NCBI GenBank assembly: GCA_037379345.1
Contig: CM074514.1
Coordinates: 11,346,001-11,410,000, forward strand
Length of the DNA stretch: 64,000 nucleotides
DNA from: Perna viridis
Lineage: Eukaryota
Reading direction: 5' to 3'
Shown: piece by piece, positions 50,401-62,810 of the stretch
Layout of the letters: every line of letters begins with the position of its first letter
Numbering within the stretch: position 1 is the stretch's first letter
The notes under the pieces: generated by a model
The model's input: the letters and a program-made list of their open reading frames with translations, nothing else
Databases searched by the model: none
What the model was told of the DNA's origin: nothing
Translations under genes and position numbers: made by a program

Positions 50401-53400
50401 TAAAAACACTTTTAAATAATTTCTGAATTTAACACTTGCATCAAGTACTCTGTTGAACTTACAGCACTGATAAATATGCTTCTATTCAGTAATTTTTTGT
50501 CAACCATGGTAACAAATACCTTTACTTACTTAGTTAATAGGGCATAGTTTGCCAGGTGAGTAATTCAGGCTCTTAGAGAGTCTTGTTTTATTGTATTGCT
50601 TATTTACTTCTGATTTTGCCAATGTCCGCTTCCCAGTTTTTTTCTCTCATATTTCATCCCTGTTATATAAATTGTAGCTTGTATTGACAATTCAAGTTAC
50701 TGTTACTAACCTATTTTTGTAGGACATCCCATGTAGATCTTCAGCACATTGATCCATGTTTGCAGTCTTGGTGTCTTATTCTGTATAGTCAAGATAATAA
50801 AGATGGAGTGTGTCCTGGGGAATTGGAAATTGGCATGACCAATGTCACTGGTAAGTAGTCTGTGGTGCCAATAATGGCTATGTTAAGAAAGTTTTGGGAT
50901 AGATGTAGTCACTGGAGACAGTTTTTTTTTCATGTATAAAGCCACATAGGACACTGGTGAGCAGTGGTCACCTGGAAGTCTCTTAACCAGTCTTTGGCAC
51001 ATAGAACTTCACTATGTTGCCGATGACTAATATTACTAGTGAGCAGTCCTTGATATAACTGGTGCCAATTGTAAGCAGTTTTATACAATTTTTTGTTTGT
51101 CAACATTGAAATTGAATAAAATGGTTTCTTTAAAATGCTTAATCAACAATCAATGTATTAGGCTATGTAATTTTGAGGTTTAGCCATTCCTTAAAAAACC
51201 TGAAAATTGGTACCTCACAAAACAACTATTCTTTCATATGTTAAAACAAAATAAAAATGAGAACTTTCATAAAAGTTGTATTCTGACATGTTGTAATTTT
51301 GGAAATTTGTAAATTTATTGCGTAGTAAAATAAAAAGTAAACAGAAATATGTTTTTTATGTTATAGTAAATCTTGAAGATCTAGCAAGTTACCTTACTCA
51401 TTCTACAGTTAGTAAAGAGTCCACCTACATGTACAGTTTTTTACTATATCACTGTTACAAGAATGGTCACATGTAAGTATTGCCACTTTGGTTGTTCTGG
51501 AATTCACTGATTTCAATTTCTTTGTGGCACATTAATATTGCTTGTGGTATTTGTCTGTTGGTTCGTTTATTCACATTTTGTTTATAGTGATTGGGTGGTC
51601 TGTCCATCATTTCATTTGTAACAAATATTTCCATCAAGATTTGTTTGGCTTCTATTTGGGGGAATGATTAGAAATAAGGTATATGGCTTACACATGATGA
51701 CTCGTACCGTGTCTCCCATTTCTGGCTTTCTAGGTCATCTAATTCCTGTTTTTGGAGCAACTTAGAAGTTTTACATATAAGATATTGGGAAATTTTTTGT
51801 AGCAGTTTTTTCAGCGGCCATTGGAATGATTAGATATGGCTTAAGCATGATGACCTGTACCGTTCTTCTCCAGCTTTCTAGGTCATCTACTTCATGTTTT
51901 CTGAGCAACTTAGAATTTTTACATGTGAGGTATTGAGAATTTTCCATTGCAGATTTCTCAGGATTGGTATTGGGAACATAGGGTATCTTTTATTGAGATT
52001 TGCATATAGTTTTTTTAGTTTTTACTACGTTCAACCGTTTGTGTGAATATCTACAAGAACATTTTTAACATTGATAGTCCAAAACTACATACCAATATAG
52101 TTTCTATCTTGAATAAATATGAAAAGATATTTTTAATATCTAATTTTATACACCTTATATATGAAGAATTTATTATGGTATATTGCTGTCTGTTTGTCTG
52201 TCAGTCTAGGATTCCAGGTCATAGGATAACTCAGGTATACCTAGAGGGATTTTTTTTTTATGTTTGCCAGAACATTCTGTTTTGGATTTTTTCCCATTTT
52301 CTCAACTTTTTCTTGACTTAAAACTGCAAGATTTAACATGGAATTGCAAATTTTATACTTTAGAACAAAAGATGTAATTTTAAATATTATTTTGCAGAAT
52401 TCTTCCATCAGATGAGTTAATGTTTATGTTAGATGTATTTTCCAAGGAGTATGAACCCTTAGCTGAATTGTCTCCCCTGACTAAAAAAGTGTTTGTATTC
52501 TTGTGGGCTGTAAGTAATATATATTATAATTATCATAAGAAATAGGAAGTAAATGACCTGATTTTTAAAATATTTTACTGAATAAAATTAAATGTCAGAC
52601 TTTATTTTAAAACCCAAGATCTCTTGCACTTCGGGCATTGTGAGCTCTGGTTTAAAGGAATATTAATAAGATATAGAAGTTTTTTGAAACTATTGATTTT
52701 TTACCAGGCCAGATGTTGTGTAGTAATATTGTGTGATACCTTTCTTTGTGTCAGTCTGTCTGTCTGCATGTCCCTCCCCAGATGGTATACAGTTGATAAC
52801 TTCAGAACCTATTAAAGAATTTTTGTCGAATTACACAAAATTTAAGTGCTTGAAAATAAATACAGATTAAGTTTATTTTTCACATAATCCTATTTCTGTC
52901 ATATACCTGTTTTGTTATCAGATGATATCTGGAAACTAATTTAAAGATTTTTTTCAAACTTTGCACTATTGTTAAGTTTGGATTGTAGGACAATCTCCAG
53001 TTATTTTTTATCCTCCCTTTTTATTGTTTTGATTTTGATGTACATAGTTACAACATGGAGAATGTCATTTGATATCCCATGATGCCTTATTTTTCAAATT
53101 TAGAAATAACATAGCTTCATTTAACTTTAATGAATTGATTTTTTTACAAGATAAGTATATGTATTTTTATGATAATATACAAGTATGTATTGCTTACAAA
53201 AACCTTTGTTTCATGTTTAATTACTTTTTATGAAGTATAAATGGTATTTTTTAGATGTTGACCTGCATGATAGAGAATGTAGTTGACCTTCCTGAGAAAG
53301 GTATTGTACCATTATTAAAAATTATGGAAGCATGTTTTTTTTCTTAATATTAAAAAAGAAGTAATTATATATCAAATGAAAATATGATTTTCAAATGATG

Positions 53401-56400
53401 TGTTTTTTTTCAAATTACACCTTAATTATTTTGGTAGCTACAAAGCTTTAGAGGTGGATACAGGATAAATTACGAAATGACCTTTGGTATTTCTTTCATC
53501 ATACAACAATTTAATTGTATGGATGCTTTTCAACTTTTTCTCAGTACAATGTCAGTTAATGTGATTGTCCTAAAGCAACTGTATTGAAAAAAATATTTTG
53601 AATAAAAACAACAAAAACCTTCATGGTGTTCCATTTAGCATGTTGAAATTTTTTTCTCTCTTATGGTTAACCATGATAGTTAACTATACATGTTTGTTCT
53701 AGGTCTCCACACTGTTCTTAAAATAGTAGAAAGTTCAAGTTCCTCTGTATGGTACACTCACCACCCTGCTATACTTCACTGGACGTTTAAAGACTCCAGA
53801 GTGGTCATGATCTATGGTCAGCAAGTGGTAGGTTTAATTTGTAGGATTCATATGAGCTATTGTCATTACTTAGCATGAATGAAATAACCCTGTGACAGAT
53901 GTCTCTAATGGTAAACATGATTAATGCCCTTGAACGATTGATTTCCTAAGAATTAGACTTTTTGATATTTCCAGGTTAGCAATAGCCTTTATTTGTCTTT
54001 TGATGACACTGTGACATTTATAAACCATTAAAACATTTTACATTGACAAGTAAACAGGTATTAGATAAATTCAAAATCTGATGAACCACTAAAATTTTGC
54101 AAAAACAATAATTGATATTTATGATATATTAGTACCATCACAGTAGTAATTTATACAAAATGGTATGTATAAGCTTCAGCATTGGTTAGATGGTATTAGT
54201 GAGAATGACATGGACATTCATGAAAACAGTGATGTGGCAGAACTGTATCAGCTGTTTACTGAGGAGGATTTTATTGCTGTCTTACTGGTTAGTATAAGTT
54301 TTATCTTTCATTTTTATGGTCAAGTTATTACCGATTAACTACATACTGTTTTTCTTTATTATAAATAATTAGTTTGCTATGTGAAAAAGATTTTTGTTGC
54401 ATTTGTATAATTTCCATATACATCATTTTAGTCTATATTTTATATTCGTTTTCATTTGTGATATATTCACTTTGCTATAAAACATGCATATCATTTGGTC
54501 CATTAAAAGATTAATTTTGTCACTATGTTCCAGGACAGTGTTTCAAGTATGAATAATAGAACCTCCAAACTGACTGTAGAGCTCATAGAACACTATGTAT
54601 CTCAGGTAATTAATAGACTGTAGGGCTGGAGGAACACTATGTATCTCAGGTAATTAATAGACTGTAGGGCTGGAGGAACACTATGTATCTCAGGTAATTA
54701 ATAGACTGTAGGGCTGGAGGAACACTATGTATCTCAGGTAATTAATAGACTGTAGAGCTCATAGAACACTATGTATCTCAGGTAATTAATAGACTGTAGG
54801 GCTGGAGGAACACTATGTATTTCAGGTAGTTAATAGACTGTGGGGCTAGGAGAACACTATGTATCTCAGGTCATCGATAGACTGTTGGGCTTGTGGAGCT
54901 CTACGTGTCTCAGGTGATTGATAGACTATGGGGTTCATGGAGCTTTACATATCTCAGGTCATCGATAGACTGTAAGGCTCATGGAACACTTTGTATCATA
55001 TGGAAAACTATATATTTAATGGAACACTATTGTATCTTAGGTAATTGATAGACTGTAGAGCTCGTGGCGCACTATGTGTCTCAGGTAATTGATAGAGTGT
55101 AGGGCTCATGAAAAACTTTGTATCGCAGGTCAATTTTAGACTGTTGGGCTTATTGAGCACTACATATCTCTGGTCATCAATAGACTGTGGGGCTCATGGA
55201 GCTCTAGGTAGTACAATACAGTTAGGTCATTTCTGAAAATTTGGTCTCATTTTGTTGAAATAAAGCTGTTTTGAGGCAGTCCGCAAAGAAATTTCTAGTG
55301 TTTTGTCATAAAAAAGTGCATATTTTTGAAATCCTAGGTGTGTGGAGGTTCAAGTCATTTATAAGTAATTTAGTGATTATTGTTATAAAATCCAGTAGCC
55401 ATGGTAATATCCTGAAAAAAATATTACTGAGTTTTAGTACAAATCAGGGGTGCCTTTCCAAAACTAACAGCCAAATACTATGTTTTATAAAATATCAGGC
55501 ACTTAGACACTACCACAGGATGAAAGCATGCATGGAGTAGGTGGAAAAAGGGTAAAAATAATAAGACCCTTTTCGATTCATTCTCTCACAATTTTAGTTC
55601 CAAAAATTCCTGCGAAAGAAGGTATTTTGAAAATCAGCCATCTGATGCTGAGGAGAGAACCTAATATGGCAGGGGACTGAGACATTCTGGATACCATTCT
55701 TCATTTAAATTACACCTGTTTACCATTACATATATTACATCTGTCTATGTATAAATGCTTAACTACGTTTAAACAATATATCCACCAAATTTCAACTTTT
55801 AATTTTAAGTTTTACAAAATTTGAAGGGGGTAACTTGGTGTGCGAAACAGTGTGCCTTAATGTAACTGTATAATGCACCCCTATGTATCTCAAGTGATTG
55901 ATAGACTGTGGGGTTTGTGGAACACTAAGTATTTCAGGTTATTGATAGACTGTAGGGCTCATGGAACACTATGTATCATATGGAAAACTATGTATTAAAT
56001 GGAACACTATTGTATCTCAGGTAATTGATAGACTGTAGAGCTCGTGGAACACTATCTATCTTAGGTATACATGATTTCAATGATTATACTTACATTAATG
56101 TGATGACTCCACGAATATCCGATAGTTTATAGAGTTTTTTTCCCTGACATAATCTTATGACTGTTATTTTTTTATAATCTACCTTTTTTCTTTATCTTTT
56201 TGACGGATATTTCTCTTTCTTGCATTCATGATTCTACATTCAGAAATGCTTGTTAAAACATTGGGTGCAATTATGATGTAACTTGGTTATCTTCTCATGT
56301 TTTGAATGAAACAATATCACATATGAAACCCCAGGTACAGTCCAAAAATGTTCACTATAATAAATAAAAATGCCAAAATTGGAATACCAATAAATGGAAT

Positions 56401-59400
56401 GATTACTTTTGATTTTGATTATATATCATGTTACTCGTACTGATGCCCTCACCGAGATATTCCACATAATATTGTATGTTAATATCTAAATCAATAGCAA
56501 CTGTTATTCTATGTACCCGAGATCTTTATTATAAATGAAGAAAAACAACGATTGCTATTCATGAAAACTTTAAGATATTATACAATATTTTCAAGCTGAC
56601 AGACTCTGATGAACAAGGTATTTTCTTGCTGAAACTGACAGCTATATCCGAGGAAAGGATTGTACAACTGTTCCTGGATCCAAGTCACAAACCAGAAGGT
56701 TTATATACTTAATTCTATAAATACAACATTTGTTGTTACATGGAATTTCATTGGGTAACTAACACAAAATTTCATGACGTAAATTCAACAATTGACAAGT
56801 CTCAAATATTTACATATGTGGAATGTTTCATTTGTTATTTTCACAGAAATTATTGACATTTGCTTTAGAATGGAATCTACATTTGATGGTGGCATATATT
56901 AGTTTAGTGGCTCCATGTTACCAGTAAACTCAATTTGCCACCATCAAAAACACAATTGACATCTCCAAATCTTCAAATACAGTATAGTTATCTCCTTAAT
57001 GTTGAACAAAAATAAAACTGATGCAATGTCACATAAACAATTAAAACAGCAATGAAAGTAGATTATCTGCTACTAATATTTTCTGATAGTTTTTAACTCT
57101 GGATATTGTAAACATATTGATATTTATTTTTGCTAATTTTTGTGGACTCTGTCAAATGAACATGTTTGCAGATATCAATTTTCGTGGTTTCAGAATATGA
57201 TTAGGTTATATAATGTTAAAAATAAATTTTGCAGAATATTATTAGTGCATAATATGTAATATACCGTATATATGTAGAGGTCTAAAACAAGAATGGCTCA
57301 AAATTGCTCTGTTAGAAATGAAGCACATGATTACTCCAATCACAACAAACAGAAAAATTATTGTTAATTTTTCTGTGAAAAATGAAAAAAAGATTATTGG
57401 AAAAATCATATTAAAAAATAAATTAATAGATATAAAAAATTGCTATTTTTAGACATGAATGTAGAATGTTACATACAGTTGTTAATGATGTGTGAAACCA
57501 GGAATACTGATGATATTTCAAGTATCTTCCTCAAAATATTGTATCACAGTGAGTAATATAGTAATTTACATGAAAATTCTCTTAAATAGTTATCTCTTTG
57601 TAATAAATGTTAATATTTTTATTATTGTCAGTATGACCACGTTATATTTTCATTTTGTCAGTTGCTTTATGGTTTTGTCTTAATTATTAATGATCATTTT
57701 TTTTTGGGATCTAAAATGTTACGGTTTTTTCATGTTAGTTACCCAGTAGGTCAGTGTCTTTATCATTTTTTCAGTTCAGTAATGTTTTCTTTCTTCATTT
57801 ACACACATTTTTGTTTTGCTCTGTCTGATATGTAATTTATACATCTAGTTTTCATTTTTGTCAGTAATATCCTGGTTAGATGAGGACAAGACTGATTCTG
57901 TAATAGTATCCTGTCTGCAGTTACTGACCAGTGCTATGTTGTACAGTCCTAGTCGAGGTAAGCGATGGTATTGAACAGTGCTTTGTTGTACAGACCTAGT
58001 AGAGGTAGAGTTGGCTAGTGCTATGTTGTACAGTCCTTGTAGAGGTTGGCTAATTTTGTGTTGTACAGTCTTGGTAGAGGTTGGCTAGTGCTATGTTGTA
58101 CAGTCCAGATAGAGCTTGGCTAGTGTTGTGTTGTACACTCCAGATAGAGGTTGGCTAGTGCTATGTTGTACAATCTTGGTAGAGGTAGGCAAGTGCTATG
58201 TCATACAGTCTTGATAGAGTAGGCTAGTGCTGTGTTTTACAGTCCTGGTAGAGGTAGGCTAGTGCTATGTCATACAGTCTTGATAGAGTAGGCTAGTGCT
58301 GTGTTTTACAGTCCTGGTAGAGGTAGGCTAGTGCTATGTCATACAGTCTTGATAGAGTAGGCTAGTGCTGTGTTTTACAGTCCTGGTAGAGGTAGGCTAG
58401 TGCTATGTTGTATATTCCATATGAAACTCATGATTGAACTACCAGCTTCTTATAAAAGAAAATGATGAAGACTGTAATCGTTCAGATATCAAAATACTGT
58501 TATTAAAGGTTATAATGTAAATGTTTTAATTGATTACACCAATTAAGAGACTTTTTCTTTTGTCTAGCTGTAGTGGGATGTTTGTTCTATAGATCTACAT
58601 ACTTTATTTTCAGTGATTAATCTGATGGTCAACAATCACAAGTTTATGACATTATTGAATAGCATGCTAATGTCAGGGAAGATGGATGTCTTTAATGTCA
58701 GCTGGAGCATTCTGTCACTGATCATAACTAATACACCAGAATCTGAAGATAAGGTAAAATAAGAACCATAGGAATTTTTCCCATGTTTTTGGGTTGTTTT
58801 TTTTTCTCAATATAATCCTGTTTGAATTAAGCTGTCATTTTAGAGTATGAATATTGGTTTAAGAAACTGTAACAAAAGCACCATCTTGTTTGGGATTATA
58901 GACTGAGTACCAGTTCTATATATGTAGATTCTCTGAAATATGAATGGATAAAAAATAATTCTATCAGAATATTTTTGGATGATATATGTAATTGGAAAGT
59001 GATTGTTTGAACTTCAAATGCAGATAATACATAGCATAAACCTAGTTATCAAGATATTATATGACATTTGGATTGACAATTTTTTGTTAATAAGTCTTTC
59101 TCATCCTTGTGGTTTGAAAATGACACCAGTTCTGCCTCTATTTTCAGGATTGTAACAGAATCATTAATTTTGCCATTTGAAATTTGTTAATTGATATTGT
59201 CTTATGTTGAGAGCTTGTAGATTCACATTTAGAAACTGTAATAACTGCCTGGCTTATTATTGCTATTTTCCTTATCTATTTATTATATTTTAGGCATTAA
59301 AAATTATTGAACTATCTTTGAATCCAGTGGAAAGTTTTGTGCACAGGTTCAGTACACTGACCAGTTACTTGCAAGTGGTGTCAGCCTTACTTAGAGTTAA

Positions 59401-62400
59401 TTTTGTTAGTACTGTCATACAGCTGAAAAATACAGGACGCTTCCCACCTCACTACTCCTGTCCATTCACTACTAAAGATTTTAAAGTGCTATTTATATAC
59501 CTCCAGCAGTTTGTACTACAGGTATGTTTCAGCTTGTTCCGAATTCAACTAGGTATACAGACGTATATGTAAAGGTCTCATTCTCAAACTGTCTATTTTT
59601 TCAATGGTTGGAGATAATTTCATTCATCATATGGGATTTTTTTTAACTACTAGTGAACTGAATACTGCTAAAAATCTTTTATAAATGTATTTTGTCTTCC
59701 ATCTCAGAATAAAATGAACTTAAAAAGTACTGATTGCTTCTATTAAGAGGAATTACTGGTACTGTTTCTTTTCTAGGATATCAATGATGTAAAAACAGTT
59801 GCTGTCCAGTGCATAGAAGACTTACTTAAATATCTGAAGAAGCATAGTCCTAAAATTGGTAAGTATGCATGAAAATGTTTTGTAAACCTTATACATTCTT
59901 GTTTATTTTTTGTACTTTTTGTATAGCTGTAATTAATTTTTTACTACCATTTTTGTATGTTACTTGTTTATTTTAAAAACAACTAGATTATCAGAGGATT
60001 GGGAAAAGACTATAAAGTCCCTGAATGGCTGCAAAATGAAAACGACTATAATTATGACAAAGATCACATCATTCAACCATAGTTTCCATTTGAAGATACT
60101 AAGTAATTCATCTGGTAGTAGAAATAAGAAGATCAGAAAAAAATTGAATTTAAAAAGTTAGTGACACACATTGAAAACATCCAGTCGAAACAAAGGAAAA
60201 CACTTAACTTGTAACCTATCTATCACATATCAGCTCAACAGTTAAGCAGACACTTAACGTTATGAAACAAGTTTCACTGGGAAGCCTGTTATTTTAATAG
60301 TTTCAGATTTACCGAGATGCCTATGGAATTGTCTGTTATTGGAATAAATTTTATTACTTGCCCACCTAAACCTATCAGAGATTTGGTAATCGTTTTGTAG
60401 AACACAAACAATAGTGGACAGGTATCAAAAAGTGCTTTAGTTTTCGAATTTAATGGGCCTAAAGGTATATGGCTATATCCTATATCAATGGAAAGATAAA
60501 TCAATGCAGTTTTTGAATATCATACTTATAAAAGTGAAAAACGGTAACGTTTTCCGCTATTTTGCATTAATTTTAGGAGGGGTCAAAGATCAATCAACCC
60601 CAGCACACTTTGATAAGTATTTTAAGTGAAATAGTTTATTGTGGGTATTGGAAAACAAGTAACATGTAAACAAAGTTGACTATTTAATCACAGAACAAAA
60701 ATGCCCCTAAAATTGGTTGCATTTTAATGTAACAATGAAACAACAATGAAAGTTTCTAAGACAGCATATCACCAGCTTTCTTGGAACTGCCCGCCCCTTT
60801 GGAATGAATGTCAAAACCTGCATTATATAGTGACCATAACCTGTTTTTTTCAATTGCTTTTCGTCAGCTCAATTACAATTTTATAATTTTTCATCTTGAA
60901 CTTGATGCATATTTCACAATGATCAAGATCAATTTTGGCAGTTGATACTTTTCTCCTCAACATTTTTTGCCTCTGATGAAGGCTGTAAGACCAAAATATT
61001 TGGGCTCATCTTCTTTGTAGTTCCTTTTTACCTTTTAAAAGTGGCTATTGTTCACTTATTCATTATTCTTAATTACGTTTAATTTGAGCCACTTTACATC
61101 ATATATTATTTTTGTTCCTGGAATTGCTTGTTATTTGACTGGTATCAGGTTTACTGAGATCTTCTTGGAATTGTCCTTTATTCAAATAAATTCAGAATTT
61201 TGAGATGCTCGTGGAATAGCCTGTTGTTTGAATAGTTTCACATTTACTGAGACATTCCTGGAATAGCCTGTTTTAATAGTTTCAGATTTACTGAGACATT
61301 CCTGGAATAGTCTGTTTTAATAGTTTCAGATTTACTGAGACAGTCCTGGAATAGTCTGTTGTTTGAATAGTTTCAGATTTACTGAGACATGTTATTCATA
61401 TAGTTTCAGATTTACTGAGATGTTCCTGGAATAGACTGTTGTTTGAATAGTTTCAGATTTACTTAGATATGTTATTCATATAGTTTCAGATTTACTGAGA
61501 TGTTCCTGGAATAGTCTGTTATTTGAAGTATTGATCACTATCACAGCCAGTGACTTGAGTTCTTTACACACAACTTTACAGCTTCTTAATGCAGTAAGCT
61601 ATTTATTTTTTTTATTTCTTAATATTTTCTTTGATGTCAATGATTGCACTGTTGTGTAATGTAATGTTATGATTAAAGAGTAATCAAGGGAACCAAGATT
61701 TGAGCAAAAACCATACGAATATATTGAAAGGATAAAGACTAGAAAGGGAAAGAAATCAAATTAACACTACAAAGAAACAGAAATGAATGAGTAACCCAGA
61801 CTCCACTAAAAATCCCGACCATGGACCAGGTGCAGCTCATGGGCTGTATTCTGATTTTTTGGGTTCTGGCAATTTCATTTTTAGCCTTGGAAACCACAAT
61901 TTGATTTCATATGCAAGTAGAGTTAATGTGCTTTAAAATGAGGCTATCTTATACAGAGTTTTTTCAAAAATAGAGACTTGACAGCTGAACAAGAGTTAAG
62001 AAGGCCACAAAATGTTGTGATTTTTTTTGGGAGTAGGGCTCAATTCTCGGCCTCTAATAAAAGCAGAATGGATCCATAGTGCTTTATTTCACCTTGTTTA
62101 TATAGAATAATGATGTCTCTTACCACTCCGATGATGTCAACCCCATATACTAACCACGTTTGGTTTAAAGCCTATCTGAAGCCAAAAATTGCAAAAAACC
62201 CTCATTTTTTCTCATGAGTGAGAAATCTGGAGACCCCTGACTGACCACTTATGACTGTAATGAACAATTTTTGGCTTTAATTACCATCAGAGGGAACAAT
62301 TAAGCTTTGGAAAAATTGCACTTTGGACACTGTCTTATCCCTGGTGAGCATCACATCCAGTGAAAAATGACTAAAAATCACCAAAAATGACCATTTTCAG

Positions 62401-62759
62401 GCAACAGACCCATTTACCGGCGCATGCCCACCCTCCCACCACAACCTCACCCCGTGATCACCTACCTTTAACATATATAAAACAATCAGCATCAGCACTA
62501 TGATGCAAATAATTAGCCTAAGTTTGCAAAATATCGAAATCTAGACATTTTTTTTAAACAATTCAGCATGGTGAGTGTTAAAAGAAGAACCCACATAATT
62601 TTTTTTCCATTGTAGGTATTGGATGCCGATACCGAAGAAATTGTTTTCCAGAAAGGCACTGATCTTCATCAACATTTAGTGGACTTTTTAAATTGTGTTG
62701 ATTCTGAGGAAACAAATAGTCAAGATGTACTGACCAGTGTCAAGAATAAAATTCTTTAA
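29478..62759 (+). CDS. MEI1: Meiosis inhibitor protein 1 orthologue, about 28 coding exons, about 1130 aa
   Basis: In-frame GT-AG exons: 29478-29715, 30430-30477, 30830-30903, 31447-31552, 33659-33859, 39208-39420, 41438-41483, 43025-43095, 46685-46784, 46985-47119, 47482-47652, 48043-48190, 48836-48987, 50723-50850, 51367-51472, 52398-52509, 53255-53300, 53703-53827, 54174-54287, 54534-54605, 56596-56698, 57453-57548, 57865-57957, 58614-58753, 59294-59521, 59777-59858, 61484-61593, 62616-62759 (sum 3402 nt). Collinear similarity to human MEI1 as recalled: HVNHDHQW..CIACIVETIEDP vs HYRHDPRW..CLACALELLPDP; LLGRMVQKFPQVADQL vs LLGKLVDAIPALADEL; TDIIEFLFEKL vs ADIPEFLFEHL; HSIYGIE vs HTVYGIE; YTHHP; SWNSLLF vs PWNRFLL. 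Confidence 0.85.
35090..37372 (-). mobile_element. Decayed 5'-truncated non-LTR retrotransposon (CR1/L2-clade reverse transcriptase)
   Basis: Frameshifted fragments: KKATGIDNI, DFSKAFDCLPHDVLLSKL, QGSILGPLL-like, ADDNTL, QLEKIQK, C-terminal CxCxxC; 3' hairpin and AATAAA. Confidence 0.85.
36977..37173. mobile_element. MITE inserted in the LINE
   Basis: TIRs tactgtaaa.atat.aat.tttgcgg at both ends, TA termini. Confidence 0.75.
39944..40804. repeat. 51-bp minisatellite, about 17 copies
   Basis: Unit ccctccctgtgttttatgtgggcattgttctgtttgtttctgttcaccctt; source of several repeat-derived ORFs. Confidence 0.95.
41529..41740. mobile_element. MITE, same family as 36977-37173
   Basis: tactgtaaacatatt...gtttacagta with shared internal motifs (gaaaattgatacc, ttcacttgac, ttagcaacc). 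Confidence 0.7.
43514..45275 (+). mobile_element. Non-autonomous Helentron/HINE-like element (copy 1) with internal ~330-bp repeats
   Basis: Starts ttttagctcacctgg, ends tgagcaattcaggcactcttgttt; homologous to 49255-50589 and 63627-64000. Confidence 0.65.
43594..44456 (+). mobile_element. 5'-truncated L1/Tx1-type LINE insertion with poly(A) tail and 16-bp TSD
   Basis: TSD acaattatacaaaact at 43578-43593 and 44457-44472; ORF2 C-terminal TLEHLFWNC motif; A-rich tail. Confidence 0.85.
45490..46344. repeat. 34-bp minisatellite, about 25 diverged copies
   Basis: Unit aaggatattgtattgtgggatgctgactttctat. Confidence 0.9.
48699..48872 (+). repeat. Tandem duplication of a MEI1 splice acceptor plus exon start
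   Basis: ttatttttgttttatttcag|acattacttgaggaccccattagctgtacctt occurs twice, exon starts at 48753 and 48836. Confidence 0.9.
49255..50589 (+). mobile_element. Non-autonomous Helentron/HINE-like element (copy 2)
   Basis: 5' ttttagctcacct, subterminal inverted caggtgag (50553-50560), 3' hairpin ggctcttagagagtc followed by a T-run. Confidence 0.65.
54572..56066 (+). repeat. 44-bp tandem array derived from a MEI1 exon end plus donor, interrupted by a ~650-bp insert
   Basis: Unit actgtagggctggaggaacactatgtatctcag|gtaattaatag; array at 54572-55208 and 55880-56066. Confidence 0.9.
57104..57270. mobile_element. Degenerate inverted copy of the same MITE family
   Basis: Matches the reverse complement of the right half of 41529-41740. 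Confidence 0.5.
57930..58411 (+). repeat. 35-bp tandem array derived from a MEI1 exon end plus donor, about 13 copies
   Basis: Unit agtgctatgttgtacagtcctggtagag|gtaggct; the first copy is the coding exon end. Confidence 0.9.
61115..61527 (+). repeat. Tandem array (33-44-bp units) derived from a MEI1 acceptor plus exon start
   Basis: atag|tttcag|atttactgagacattcctggaatagtctgtt repeated about 9 times; the last copy is the coding exon; isolated copy near 60290-60340. Confidence 0.85.
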
Positions 62760-62804
62760 AGAAATGTTTTACAATTGTAAATTTTTCAGATTTTCGGTTG
62801 ATAT

Positions 62805-62810
62805 AATAAA
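62805..62810 (+). terminator. Polyadenylation signal AATAAA of MEI1
   Basis: Begins about 45 nt after the TAA at 62757-62759. Confidence 0.55.

Noticed and set aside
59964-60161. ORF as a MEI1 exon
   Set aside because: The required phase-1 frame stops after a few codons; the homologous WN motif lies in 61484-61593.
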